Below, one piece after another: positions 47,285-56,706 of a DNA stretch of 64,000 bases. The first letter of the stretch is position 1. Every line of letters begins with the position of its first letter. Both the position numbers and the translations under genes were made by a program. The notes beneath the pieces were generated by a model. That model made no database searches. It was not told where the DNA came from and was given only the letters and a program-made list of their open reading frames with translations. The DNA lies in assembly GCA_963850315.1 (NCBI GenBank), contig CAWKKN010000007.1, forward strand, positions 146,719 through 210,718. Reading direction: 5' to 3'. The DNA is from an uncultured Actinomycetes bacterium. GTDB lineage: Bacteria; Actinomycetota; UBA4738; HRBIN12.

Positions 47285-47345
47285 TTGACGATAGGACCCG
47301 GCAGGAGGTATATATCGCCTCGATATATACGACCGATATATCGGT
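47285..47345 (+). promoter_or_regulatory. Promoter with two palindromic operators upstream of padR-ino1
   Basis: TTGACG at 47285; GTATATATCG-CCT-CGATATATAC at 47308-47330; ACCGATATATCGGT at 47332-47345. Confidence 0.8.
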
Positions 47346-47373
47346 TCGGCACATTCCGGAAGGATCACCTCTC

Positions 47374-47925
47374 ATGCTCGAGCTCGCGATCCTCGGACTG
47401 CTCAAGGAGCAGCCCATGCACGGCTACCAGCTCTCGCGGGAGCTCGGCGAGTCGCTGGGCGGGTTCTGGCGCGTCTCCTACGGCTCGCTCTACCCCACGC
47501 TTCGCCGCCTCGAGCGCGCCGGCGAGGTGGAGGCGGTGGCGAGCGCCGAGACGTCCGTCGGGCGGCGCAAGCAGGTCTACCGCATCACGCCGCAGGGCGA
47601 GGATGCCTTCCTGCAGCTGTTGCAGGAGACCCCGCACGACAACCAATCCGAGGATCAGCGGTTCCGGGTGAGGCTGGCGTTCTTCCGCTACCTGCCGCCC
47701 GAGACGCGCCTGCGGCTCCTGGAGCGGCGGCGCGCCTACCTCGAGGATCGCCTGAGCACCATCTCCGACTCGCTACGCAACACCCGCGCGCGCGTCGACG
47801 ACTACACGCGGTCGCTGATGGAGCACGGCCGTTCCGCCACGGAGTCCGACATCGCATGGATGGACGACCTGATCTCCGCGGAGCGCACCCGCCGGGACAC
47901 GCGTCGAAAGGAGCACCTGTCATGA
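47374..47925 (+). CDS. PadR-family regulator (Rv0047c/InoR-like)
   Basis: [41 protein letters not shown]; coupled to ino1. Confidence 0.92.
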   Translation: MLELAILGLLKEQPMHGYQLSRELGESLGGFWRVSYGSLYPTLRRLERAGEVEAVASAETSVGRRKQVYRITPQGEDAFLQLLQETPHDNQSEDQRFRVRLAFFRYLPPETRLRLLERRRAYLEDRLSTISDSLRNTRARVDDYTRSLMEHGRSATESDIAWMDDLISAERTRRDTRRKEHLS

Positions 47926-49070
47926 GCAAGGTTCGTCTGGCGATCGTGGGCGTGGGCAACTGCGCCTCGTCTCTCGTTCAGGGACTCGAGTACTACCGGG
48001 ACGCGGATCCGACCGATCGCGTCCCCGGCCTGATGCACGTAGACCTCGGCGGGTACCGCATCGGCGACGTCGAGGTGGTCGCCGCGTTCGACGTGGACGC
48101 CGATAAGGTCGGCAAGGACGTCGCCGAGGCCATCTACACGGAGCCCAACAACACCTACCGCTTCGCCGACGTGCCGCCCACCGGGGTGATCGTGCAGAAG
48201 GGACGGACCCTGGACGGTCTCGGCATGTACTACCGCGAGGTCATCTCCGAGTCCGACCAGCCCGAGGCCGACGTCACGCAGGTCCTGCGTGACGGGCGCG
48301 CCGACGTGCTGGTGTGCTACCTGCCGGTGGGCTCGGAGCAAGCCGCCCGCTACTACGCGCAGTGTGCCATCGACGCACACGTGGCGTTCGTGAACTGCCT
48401 GCCGGTGTTCATCGCGTCCGACTTCGGATGGGCGAAGCGCTTCGCGGACGCCGGCGTGCCGATCATCGGCGACGACATCAAGAGCCAGGTGGGTGCCACG
48501 ATCACGCACCGCGTCCTCACGAAGCTGTTCGAGGACCGAGGCGTTAGGATCGACCGCACCTACCAGCTGAACTTCGGCGGCAACATGGACTTCATGAACA
48601 TGCTGGAGCGCACGCGGCTCACGTCGAAGAAGGTGTCGAAGACCCAGTCGGTCCAGTCCCAGATGGAGACGCCGCTCGACAAGGACCGGATCCACATCGG
48701 ACCGTCCGACCACGTTCCCTGGTTGGAGGACCGCAAGTGGGCGCAGATCCGGATCGAGGGCACCTCGTTCGGCGACGTCCCCCTCACGGTGGAGATGAAG
48801 CTCGAGGTGTGGGACTCTCCCAACTCGGCCGGCATCGTCATCGACGCGATCCGCTGCGCGAAGATCGCCCTCGACCGGGGGATCGGAGGGCCGCTCATCG
48901 CGCCCGCCTCCTACTTCATGAAGTCGCCTCCGGTGCAGTTCACCGACGAGCAGGCTCGCGAGAACACCGAAGCCTTCATCGCAGACACGCCCGGGTCGCA
49001 GATCGACTGGACGATCGTGCTGGAGCGCGCGCCGCACAGTGTCGCGGCGGAGTCCGTCACCGGACGGTGA
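47922..49070 (+). CDS. ino1: myo-inositol-1-phosphate synthase
   Basis: [46 protein letters not shown]. Confidence 0.96.
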   Translation: MSKVRLAIVGVGNCASSLVQGLEYYRDADPTDRVPGLMHVDLGGYRIGDVEVVAAFDVDADKVGKDVAEAIYTEPNNTYRFADVPPTGVIVQKGRTLDGLGMYYREVISESDQPEADVTQVLRDGRADVLVCYLPVGSEQAARYYAQCAIDAHVAFVNCLPVFIASDFGWAKRFADAGVPIIGDDIKSQVGATITHRVLTKLFEDRGVRIDRTYQLNFGGNMDFMNMLERTRLTSKKVSKTQSVQSQMETPLDKDRIHIGPSDHVPWLEDRKWAQIRIEGTSFGDVPLTVEMKLEVWDSPNSAGIVIDAIRCAKIALDRGIGGPLIAPASYFMKSPPVQFTDEQARENTEAFIADTPGSQIDWTIVLERAPHSVAAESVTGR

Positions 49071-49767
49071 TGAGAGCGGGCGGCGACCAACCGGACGTCT
49101 CCCCGGTCGCCACCTGCCGAAGGCGCGCCTCGAACCGGTAGGAGCCGACGCCCCAGTGCGGGACGAAGGCGCCGCTGCGGGCAGACGTGGCGCTCCGCAG
49201 CAGCCGCCACGTCGTTCCGCCGGGCCTGCGCACCTTGACGTCGAACGCGTAGCCGGCGGCCGGTGCGACGGAGTCCCACACCAATTGGAAGGTCGTCGCG
49301 CGGGACCCCGTTGGTGGTCCCACCCAAAGGGGGACGTGGATGCGGCCCGTCATGTCCGTGTGGAACACGCAGTAATAGTCGTAGTCGCCGGCCGCGGTGA
49401 ACGTGTAGGAACACGAATCTCCGGAGTTCAGAGAACCCGAGTCGAAGAGCTGCATCCCGGTCGTGTCGGTCACGGTGTGATGTTGCTTCGTCCTCACGAG
49501 GGTCCATACCACGGTCGTGCCCCGGCGGACCGTCGGCAGCGACGGATCGTAGAACGAGCCGTAGTCGTTGACCTGGATCGCCAGCGACGGCGACGCCACG
49601 GGTACGGGCGACGGCGGTGGGGACGTGCAGGGAGCGACGTCGCTCGGGGTATCGGCTGCCGCCGGGCCCCACGAGCCCGTCCCGGTCAGCACGAAGGCGA
49701 GCGTGAGGACGGCAGCGGGCGCGAGCAGCACGAGGCGTCGGGGCACGAGAGGGGTATCGGCACGCAC
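49057..49767 (-). CDS. Secreted cupredoxin (type-1 Cu) with C-terminal FN3-like domain
   Basis: Signal peptide; HHTVT...FDSG...[11 protein letters not shown] (His/Cys/His/Met ligands); FDVKVR..W....[12 protein letters not shown]. Confidence 0.82.
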   Translation of the reverse strand: MRADTPLVPRRLVLLAPAAVLTLAFVLTGTGSWGPAAADTPSDVAPCTSPPPSPVPVASPSLAIQVNDYGSFYDPSLPTVRRGTTVVWTLVRTKQHHTVTDTTGMQLFDSGSLNSGDSCSYTFTAAGDYDYYCVFHTDMTGRIHVPLWVGPPTGSRATTFQLVWDSVAPAAGYAFDVKVRRPGGTTWRLLRSATSARSGAFVPHWGVGSYRFEARLRQVATGETSGWSPPALITVR

Positions 49768-49796
49768 CCACCGTCGGCTGGAGCCTCCGCCGTACG

Positions 49797-51266
49797 ATGC
49801 ACCTCGTGAACGCGCCTTCCCCGGCTGGGAGCCGCACGCGCGACGCCGTGCGCAATCCCGACTTCGTCCGACTGCTGCTGATCCGGCTGGTCAGCCAGAC
49901 CGCCGATGGCCTCATCCAGGCGGCGCTCGTGGCGTCCCTCGCGTTCTCCCCCGAGAAGCAGAGCACCGCCTCGGGCTTCGCGACGGCCACGGCGATCGTG
50001 ATCCTGCCGTTCTCGCTGGTCGGCCCCTTCGCCGGCGTGTTCATCGATCGCTGGTCGCGGCGCAAGATCATGGTGATCGCGCCGCTGCTGCGCGCTGCGC
50101 CGGTCTTCCTCGTGTTGCTGAGTCCCACGAAGCAGCCGGTGCTGTTCTACGCCGGTGCTCTGTGGGTCACCTCCGTGAACCGGTTCTTCCTCTCGACCGC
50201 ACAGGCGGTGGTCCCCAGGCTCGTGCCGGCCGAGGACCTGCTGGCAGCGAACTCCATCGCCACGGTCGGAGGCACGGTGGCGCTGCTGGTGGGAGTCTTC
50301 GCGGGCGGGCTCATGTCGTCGCGGTTCGGCAACGGCGCCATCGTGACCGCCTCCAGCGTGATGTGGATCGCCGCCGCCGCCGTGGCGACGAGGATCCGCA
50401 GCGACCTGCGGCCGCACCAGCTTCCGGAGGCGCCGGAGCTGCTGCGTCACCAGATCCGGCGCGTGGGAGCAGAGTTCGTGGAAGGGGTCGAGGACCTCGC
50501 CCACACCCCCCGGGCGCTCGGTCCCATCGTCTCGATCGCGGTGGACCAGATCGGTCAGGGATTCGTCCTCGTCCTCGCATTGGTGGTCTTCCGTCAGCGC
50601 TTCGGGGAGGGCGTGGGGTCGTTCTCCTGGCTGATCGGAGCGGGCGGCGTCGGCGTGTTCCTCGGGCTGCTCACGGTGAACCGGCTCGCGCTCCGGCTCG
50701 AACGCAGCCGGATCGTCGCGTGGTCGTTCGTGCTGGGCGCGGTGTCGCTGATCGGGGTCGCGCTCTTCCTGAACCGTTGGAGCGTGCTGGTCGCGAGCTT
50801 CGTCATCGGGCTCACGTACGCGTGGAAGAAGGTGCCGATCGACACGATGGTCCAAGAGGCGGTTCCCGACGGGCTTCGCGGGCGCGTGTTCGCCGTCTAC
50901 GACGTCGCCACGAACGTGTCGCGCCTGCTCGCCGCCCTGCTCGCGATCCCGCTCCTGCCCTGGATGGGCGTCCGTGGCGCGTCGGCGTTCATGGGCATGG
51001 TGTTCCTTCTGTGGGCGCCGGTGTTGCCCGCCTGGCTCCGACGCGCTCCGGTGATCCGCCTGCGATTCGATCCAGGGGAGCGCGTAGCCCCTCGGGCGAT
51101 CTGGTGGGGAGGGGTCGAAGAACCCGTGGAGGTCGTGGACTCGGGCCTGCAGGAGCGGTCAGGTTCGCTCGTGCGCACGTTGCGACTGGCGCTGCAGGAC
51201 GGATCGACGATGGAGGTGAGCCATGTCGAACCCGACGGAGATTGGGTGGTCGAGCGCCGGTCGTAA
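49797..51266 (+). CDS. MFS transporter with extra soluble C-terminal domain
   Basis: GPFAGVFIDRWSRR motif A; ~12 TMs; LRGRVFAVYD; hydrophilic tail of ~70 aa. Confidence 0.88.
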   Translation: MHLVNAPSPAGSRTRDAVRNPDFVRLLLIRLVSQTADGLIQAALVASLAFSPEKQSTASGFATATAIVILPFSLVGPFAGVFIDRWSRRKIMVIAPLLRAAPVFLVLLSPTKQPVLFYAGALWVTSVNRFFLSTAQAVVPRLVPAEDLLAANSIATVGGTVALLVGVFAGGLMSSRFGNGAIVTASSVMWIAAAAVATRIRSDLRPHQLPEAPELLRHQIRRVGAEFVEGVEDLAHTPRALGPIVSIAVDQIGQGFVLVLALVVFRQRFGEGVGSFSWLIGAGGVGVFLGLLTVNRLALRLERSRIVAWSFVLGAVSLIGVALFLNRWSVLVASFVIGLTYAWKKVPIDTMVQEAVPDGLRGRVFAVYDVATNVSRLLAALLAIPLLPWMGVRGASAFMGMVFLLWAPVLPAWLRRAPVIRLRFDPGERVAPRAIWWGGVEEPVEVVDSGLQERSGSLVRTLRLALQDGSTMEVSHVEPDGDWVVERRS

Positions 51267-51472
51267 CCAACACGTAGCTCAACATACGTAGTTCTACTTA
51301 CTTAGTGCGAAGTAGTCATATATCGCGTGCTGTGGGTATCGACTCCGCGGCGCGGCCAAGGCATCCTGATGCCCGCAAACACGTCCGGGAACGACGACCG
51401 CAGGCGCGGGCACCTCGGCCGACAACCCCGGCGGCACCGGTTGATCCGGTGCTCACAAGACCCGACAACGCC

Positions 51473-51543
51473 GGGCGGCGGCGCACCTCCCCCAACCCCG
51501 TGCGAGATGACGGCCACCCCTCGGTCCCGTCACCGCCGCCGCC
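51473..51543 (+). ncRNA. 6C RNA (actinobacterial sRNA motif)
   Basis: Hairpin CGCAC-[CTCCCCCAACCCC]-GTGCG, then TGACGG-CC[ACCCCTC]GG-TC-CCGTCA, enclosed by GGCGGCGG/CCGCCGCC; intergenic. Confidence 0.75.
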
Positions 51544-51573
51544 CGGCCCCGTCGGGACCGCCAAGACTCAAGC

Positions 51574-52851
51574 TCAGGCGGCCTCGCCCTGCGCGATCGA
51601 AACGTCCAGAGCCTGGCTCGAAACGCGAACCCGGCGTAGCTGCGCGAGGACCCCCACACCCAACGCGAGTGCGATGACGCCGCCGCCGATCAACCCCATG
51701 CGGGCTCCGAACTGCTGGCCCACCCAGCCGGCGATCGGAGCGCCGATCGGCGTCGAGCCGAGGAACACGACCCCGTAGAGCGCCATCACCCGCCCCCGTG
51801 CTTGCGGCCGCGCGTTGAGCTGCAGGATCGTGTTGGCCGTGATCATGAACGTCATCGTGGTGAAGCCGACCGGCACCATCGCCGTGGCAGCCAGAACGAG
51901 GGTCGGCGCCACGCCCGCAGCCGTGAGCGCCAGCCCGAAGGCCAAGGCGTGCAGGGCGAGCCGCTGCATCGTCGGCGTTCGGTCCCGGTTGGCCATCGTG
52001 AGGGCACCCAGGCACGAGCCCACCCCGGCGAGCGCAGAGAGCAGTCCCAGCGTCGCCACGTTGCCTGAGAACGTCCGCTGGGCCAGGAGCGGAAGCAGGA
52101 CGGCGAAGTTGAAGGAGAAGGTGAAGATCACCGCCATGATCAGCAGCGGCCGGCGGAGCTCGTCCGTGCGCCACACGTACTTGAGCCCAGCCACCAGGTG
52201 GCCGCGTTCGCGCGTGGATCGCTCCTGCACGTGGAACTCTGCGGAGCGCATCATCACCAGCGCCGCGATGACCGCGAGGTAGGAAACCCCGTCGAGGAGG
52301 AACGGCGCCGCGAGCCCGACGGTGGCGATCAGGGCCGCCGCGACGGCGGGACCGATGATACGAGAGCCGGTGAAGGCCGCGCTGTTGAGGCTCACGGCGT
52401 TGGTGATCGCGTCCCGGCCTACCATCTCCACGTAGAAGCTCTGGCGCGTCGGGTTGTCGATGGCGGTGATGATCCCGGCCACGACCGATAGGGCATAGAC
52501 CATCCAAAGGCGATCGACGCCAGTAGCCACGATCGCGAACATCGCGAACGCGGTGAGAGCGAAAGCGGACTGCGTCCACACGAGGATGCGCCGCTTGTCG
52601 AAGCGATCGGCGAGCACGCCACCCCAGGCGCCGAGGATGAGGATCGGCAGGAAGAGCAGGGCCGTGTTCAGGCCCAGCGCGACACCCGAGTTCGTCAGGT
52701 GCAGCACGAGCCACGCCGACGCCGTTGCGTTCACCCAGGTGCCGGACGTCGACACGAGCTGCCCGAACAGGTACAGCCGGAAGTTCCGCGACGTTCGCAG
52801 CGACAGGAAGGTCCGTCGTAGGGACGATCGGAGTCGTAAGACCGGACTCAC
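51574..52851 (-). CDS. MFS transporter (DHA3/EntS-like)
   Basis: RNFRLYLFGQLVS, GGVLADRFDKR, NAVSLNS, ARGRVMALY; GTGA overlap with marR. Confidence 0.9.
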   Translation of the reverse strand: MSPVLRLRSSLRRTFLSLRTSRNFRLYLFGQLVSTSGTWVNATASAWLVLHLTNSGVALGLNTALLFLPILILGAWGGVLADRFDKRRILVWTQSAFALTAFAMFAIVATGVDRLWMVYALSVVAGIITAIDNPTRQSFYVEMVGRDAITNAVSLNSAAFTGSRIIGPAVAAALIATVGLAAPFLLDGVSYLAVIAALVMMRSAEFHVQERSTRERGHLVAGLKYVWRTDELRRPLLIMAVIFTFSFNFAVLLPLLAQRTFSGNVATLGLLSALAGVGSCLGALTMANRDRTPTMQRLALHALAFGLALTAAGVAPTLVLAATAMVPVGFTTMTFMITANTILQLNARPQARGRVMALYGVVFLGSTPIGAPIAGWVGQQFGARMGLIGGGVIALALGVGVLAQLRRVRVSSQALDVSIAQGEAA

Positions 52852-53294
52852 ACGGGGTCCTGTTCGGTGAGACCGTCCAGGATCTGCGTCGCGCGAGCGA
52901 GGACGGCGAGGTCCTCGGGGGCGAGGCGCTTCATCCGCTTCGCGAGGTAGACGTTGCGGCGCATCCGCACGCGCTGCAGGAGCTTGCGGGCGGCAGACGT
53001 AACCGAGACCCACGCCACCCGCCCGTCGAGCGGATCGGCGATGCGCTCGATGAGGCCCAGGTCCTGCAGATCCGCGATGACTCGGGTGCACGTGGGCTTC
53101 TGGATCTGCTCGTGGGCGGCGAGCGCGCCCGCGGTCATGGAGCCGTGACGCTCGATCGTGGACAGGGCCGCCAGCAGCGTCGGCGTGATCTCCGGCTCAC
53201 CCTCGCGTCGCAGCTTACGCGCCAGGCGGAAGACGGAAAGCCGGAGTTGGGAGGCCAACTCGGCAACGTCGAGATCAGGTGCGGTCGTCGTCAT
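52848..53294 (-). CDS. MarR-family regulator
   Basis: LAAHEQIQKPTCTRVIADLQDLGLIER..DPLDGR. Confidence 0.9.
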   Translation of the reverse strand: MTTTAPDLDVAELASQLRLSVFRLARKLRREGEPEITPTLLAALSTIERHGSMTAGALAAHEQIQKPTCTRVIADLQDLGLIERIADPLDGRVAWVSVTSAARKLLQRVRMRRNVYLAKRMKRLAPEDLAVLARATQILDGLTEQDPV

Positions 53295-53300
53295 AGCCCC

Positions 53301-53330
53301 ATGATAGTTCGGATACCTAACTAGTGTCAC
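53301..53330 (-). promoter_or_regulatory. Leaderless promoter and MarR-type operator
   Basis: Minus strand GTGACA-N18-TATCAT, 6 nt before the ATG; near-palindrome TAGTTCGGATACCTAACTA at 53305-53323. Confidence 0.7.
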
Positions 53331-53412
53331 GAACTACTCGAGATTTCATCCCTTCGGCCTCCCCCAGATGGGCCACGGTGCCCACCGCCCGGAGGGAGTA
53401 GCGTTCGGAGCT

Positions 53413-53643
53413 ATGGACCACAACGCCCATGTGGCCGGCGCCGGCACCGTCGAGGACTGTCCGGCCTGCCAGTCGATCGCCGTCGAGCCGGGTTGGTACC
53501 GCGCGTTGCGCGACGAGCGGGTCCGGCACCGGCGTGCAGACCGTGTCGCGATCCCCGATGCCGGCGTCCCGGACTTCGAGATCGTGGTCACCGAGAGCCA
53601 CGAGCGGGGCGTCAGCATCCCCGACCTCGAGACCTCCACCTGA
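53413..53643 (+). CDS. Small hypothetical protein with H...CxxC motif
   Basis: MDHNAHVAGAGTVEDCPACQS...; GGAG upstream; coding-like codon use. Confidence 0.5.
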   Translation: MDHNAHVAGAGTVEDCPACQSIAVEPGWYRALRDERVRHRRADRVAIPDAGVPDFEIVVTESHERGVSIPDLETST

Positions 53644-53665
53644 GTTAGCCGCTACCCTGCCCGCC

Positions 53666-54394
53666 GTGCCTCGCGACTGGGACGCCGCCGGCTACGATCG
53701 CCTGCCCATCCCGATGACGCGGTGGGGCGCCCTCGTCGTGGGCTGGCTCGATCTGGCCGGTGACGAACGCGTCCTCGACGCCGGCTGCGGAACCGGCCGC
53801 GTCACCGCGTTGCTGCGCGACCGGCTGCCCGCCGGCACGGTCGTGGCGCTGGACGGATCGGCCGCCATGATCGGGCGGGCGCGCGAGCGTCTGGGCGAAG
53901 AGCGAGTGCGGTTCGTCGTCGCCGATCTGTCGGAGCCGCTCGCGATCGAACCCGTCGACGCGATCTTGTCCACGGCGACGTTCCACTGGATCACCGACCA
54001 CGATGCCCTGTTCCGCAACCTCGCGCAGGTGCTGAGGTCCGGCGGACAGCTCGCCGCGCAATGCGGTGGGGCGGGCAACATCGCCTCGATCGAGGCGGCG
54101 CTGCGCGCGGTTGGCTCGCGGGGCCGCAAGCACTTCGCGACGCCGGAGGCGACCGAGACTCGGCTCCGTGCGGCTGGGTTCACCGACATCGAGTGCTGGC
54201 TCCACGAGGAGCCGACGCCCATCCCGGAGGCCGACCTGGAGCCCTACCTGCGGACGATCTGCCTCGGCGATCTCCTCGAGGAGATCGCCGAACCCGCCCG
54301 CGCGGAGTTCGTCCACGAGGTGGCCGCCCGCATGCCGGCGCCCGTCATCGACTACGTGCGCCTCAACATCCGGGCTCGTCGCGCAGGGGCCTAG
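53666..54394 (+). CDS. Class I SAM-dependent methyltransferase (Tam-like)
   Basis: WDAAGYDR, VLDAGCGTG, ATFHWI, QCGGAGNI; TACCCT 7 nt before the GTG. Confidence 0.88.
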   Translation: MPRDWDAAGYDRLPIPMTRWGALVVGWLDLAGDERVLDAGCGTGRVTALLRDRLPAGTVVALDGSAAMIGRARERLGEERVRFVVADLSEPLAIEPVDAILSTATFHWITDHDALFRNLAQVLRSGGQLAAQCGGAGNIASIEAALRAVGSRGRKHFATPEATETRLRAAGFTDIECWLHEEPTPIPEADLEPYLRTICLGDLLEEIAEPARAEFVHEVAARMPAPVIDYVRLNIRARRAGA

Positions 54395-54963
54395 ATGAAC
54401 AGCGAGACCGCGGCGTCCCGCATCTCGGCGATCGCCGTGGCGGCGCCGATGGGCTCCTCGAGACCGTCCAGCAGGTCCGAGGACTTCAGGCCCAGCAGGT
54501 CCATCGTCATCTGACAGGGGATGAGGCGAACGCCGAGATCCTGCGCGGTGGCGATCAGCTCCTCGGGCCTGGCCACCTGGTGATCGTCGGCGAGCTTCTT
54601 GAACATCGTCGGCCCGGCGCCCGCGAAGTGGTACCGCGAAAGCTTCGCCTTCTGGGCCGAGCCGGGATTCATCGCGCTCATCATCTTCTGCATCCAGTTG
54701 TCGCCGGTGATGCGCACGCCGGGCTTCACGATCGCGAACAACCCCCAGAAGGTGAAGAAGACGCTCGACTCCATGCCGCTGGCGGCGGCCGTGGTGGCGA
54801 GGATCGTGGTCGGCCAGATGCGGTCCAGATCTCCGCCCCAGGCGATGATCGTGAGCTTGTTCTTCTTCTGGATCCGGCGGTGTTCGGATGCCTCCAGCGC
54901 CTCGACGCGGGCCAGCAACTCGGCGTAGGTGGGGGCCTCGACGCGGTCTTGCGTGGTCGCCAT
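54391..54963 (-). CDS. DsrE2/YrkE-like sulfur-carrier protein
   Basis: FFTFWGL, GVRLIPCQMTMDLLG; directly downstream of tusA. Confidence 0.88.
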   Translation of the reverse strand: MATTQDRVEAPTYAELLARVEALEASEHRRIQKKNKLTIIAWGGDLDRIWPTTILATTAAASGMESSVFFTFWGLFAIVKPGVRITGDNWMQKMMSAMNPGSAQKAKLSRYHFAGAGPTMFKKLADDHQVARPEELIATAQDLGVRLIPCQMTMDLLGLKSSDLLDGLEEPIGAATAIAEMRDAAVSLFI

Positions 54964-54964
54964 C

Positions 54965-55201
54965 TCAGACCTTCCTCACGACGTAGCGGAACGAGCTCTC
55001 GGGACCCTCGCCCGCGTCCACCAACTCGTTCCCGCTCAGCGAGGCCCAGCTCGGTACGTCGGACTTGGAGCCCGGGTCGGTGGCAAGTAGTTCGAGCAAT
55101 TCGCCGGGAGCGGCCGTCTTCAAAGCCTTGGCGAGAGCCACGAGCGGTCCGGGGCAGGACTGCCCGCGGGCGTCGACGGTGGTGCTGACGATGGTGGACA
55201 C
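54965..55201 (-). CDS. tusA: TusA-family sulfur carrier
   Basis: VDARGQSCPGP, LATDPGSKSDVPSW; RBS GGAGG. Confidence 0.88.
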   Translation of the reverse strand: MSTIVSTTVDARGQSCPGPLVALAKALKTAAPGELLELLATDPGSKSDVPSWASLSGNELVDAGEGPESSFRYVVRKV

Positions 55202-55266
55202 AGCGATACCTCCAAAGGAGTCGGGCGGACGGACGGGATGGTGCGCGCGGCGGCGCCGCCTCGATG

Positions 55267-55335
55267 TCAGTTCTGACAGCAGAGGCGGTCGGGGATCATG
55301 GCCCCCACGATGCCGGCTTCGCGTGTGCAGATCAT
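55267..55335 (-). CDS. Putative Cys-rich leader peptide (22 aa)
   Basis: MICTREAGIVGAMIPDRLCCQN*; 19 of 22 codons end in G/C; downstream of TACTCT -10 (55349-54); overlaps the 55256-55288 hairpin. Confidence 0.5.
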   Translation of the reverse strand: MICTREAGIVGAMIPDRLCCQN

Positions 55336-55381
55336 TTGCAGGTGCAACAGAGTACCCCACCCGACACGCTTCGGGAAGCCC

Positions 55382-56194
55382 CTAAGAACCGGGCGGCGGC
55401 GGTGTCACGAGACACCCCTGCGAACGACCCAGCAGGCGGAGGCCGGCGAGGTCGCCCGGACCGTAGTCGGTGACGCCGCCACCGGAGGGTTGCATCAGCT
55501 CCCCCCACTGCTTCGTGTGGCCCATGCCCATCACGTGGCTCAGCTCGTGCTGCAAGACCAACCCCTGGTCGCCGTACTCGCCGAAACCGGTCGGTGACAG
55601 GTCCGAGGCGTTGATCGCCACCCAGCCGCTCACGTAGACATCGCCCGTCTGATCGTCGGGGAGCTCCGGCGAGGCGACGCCCGACGCCTGCTGGCCGTTG
55701 CGGTCGAAGGAGATGTCCGTCTGCGACGGCGTCACCCAAGCGATGAGCACGGGAGCCCAGCGATCGCCGTAGCGCACGGGCTGGTACGCGTCGCGGTGCA
55801 GCGTGGGGATCTCGGCGCTGGGTCCGTCATCGACGAACCGGATGCCGGTGGCGGCGGAGACCCGGTGCAGCGCGCCCCGGATGTCGTCGGCCGAGCCTTC
55901 GGGCGCACCTTCCAGGTTCTCGACGTAGTGGATCGGCGAGCACGGGTTCCAACGGAACGGACGACCCGAGGGGCCGGACAGGATGAAGGAGTAGTCGTGG
56001 CCCGAGGTCTCCGACAACTGGTGCGGTCGCGAGATCACCGGCGCCACCGCGACCGTTGCGAGCACCAACAACGCGATCACCGCGACGATGGCGGCAAGAG
56101 GCCGGCGGCTGCGAGGTGCGGGAGCGAGCGGGGGCCAACCCGGAGGGGGCGGCGGCAGCTCGTGATCGGGACGGGAGGGGAAGGCGGTGCTCAT
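55382..56194 (-). CDS. Membrane-anchored matrixin-type zinc metalloprotease
   Basis: RWNPCSPIHY, HELSHVMGMGH, Met-turn LMQP, GDLAGL. Confidence 0.88.
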   Translation of the reverse strand: MSTAFPSRPDHELPPPPPGWPPLAPAPRSRRPLAAIVAVIALLVLATVAVAPVISRPHQLSETSGHDYSFILSGPSGRPFRWNPCSPIHYVENLEGAPEGSADDIRGALHRVSAATGIRFVDDGPSAEIPTLHRDAYQPVRYGDRWAPVLIAWVTPSQTDISFDRNGQQASGVASPELPDDQTGDVYVSGWVAINASDLSPTGFGEYGDQGLVLQHELSHVMGMGHTKQWGELMQPSGGGVTDYGPGDLAGLRLLGRSQGCLVTPPPPGS

Positions 56195-56243
56195 GTGAGG
56201 GAACCATCGTACGTGGCCCCCGGATCCTGAAATGACGACCGGA

Positions 56244-56624
56244 TCAGCGCACAGCCCCACGACGCCTGGCCGGCCCATAGATGAGGATCACCCGGGCCCG
56301 CAACTGGTCGGCCCGGACGGGGCCGAAGTCGCGGGAATCCGTAGAGGATGCCGCGCGGTCGCCCTGCACCCACCACTCGTCCTCGCCCAGGGGACGCCCA
56401 TCCACATCGTCGCCGGGGATCCCCGTGAGGCGCTTGACGATCTCGAACCCGGGAGGTTGCTCCACGACGACGACGGCACCACGCCGGTAGGAGCGTTGAG
56501 TGACCGCGATCGCCCAGTCGCCGGGGGCCAACGTGGGCATCATCGACGCGCCCGCGATCGCAACTCGAGAGGGACGAAGACACACCCATGCCAGTCCCGC
56601 CGACACCGCGACGGCCGCCGCCAC
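56244..56624 (-). CDS. sodX: NiSOD maturation peptidase (S26-like); start uncertain
   Basis: GASMMPTL..GD, IVKRL, WWVQGD..STDSRDFG; divergent from sodN. Confidence 0.82.
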   Translation of the reverse strand: MAAAVAVSAGLAWVCLRPSRVAIAGASMMPTLAPGDWAIAVTQRSYRRGAVVVVEQPPGFEIVKRLTGIPGDDVDGRPLGEDEWWVQGDRAASSTDSRDFGPVRADQLRARVILIYGPARRRGAVR

Positions 56625-56706
56625 ACGCGCCGACGATTTGCGACCACGGTGATACGTTGCGGCTCGGGAGTCCGAGTGAACGTCCATGGAAGAAGGAGGC
56701 GGTTCG

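Noticed and set aside
32554-55201. Selenocysteine recoding in msrB, tusA or dsrE
   Set aside because: All have ordinary Cys codons at the catalytic positions; no in-frame TGA
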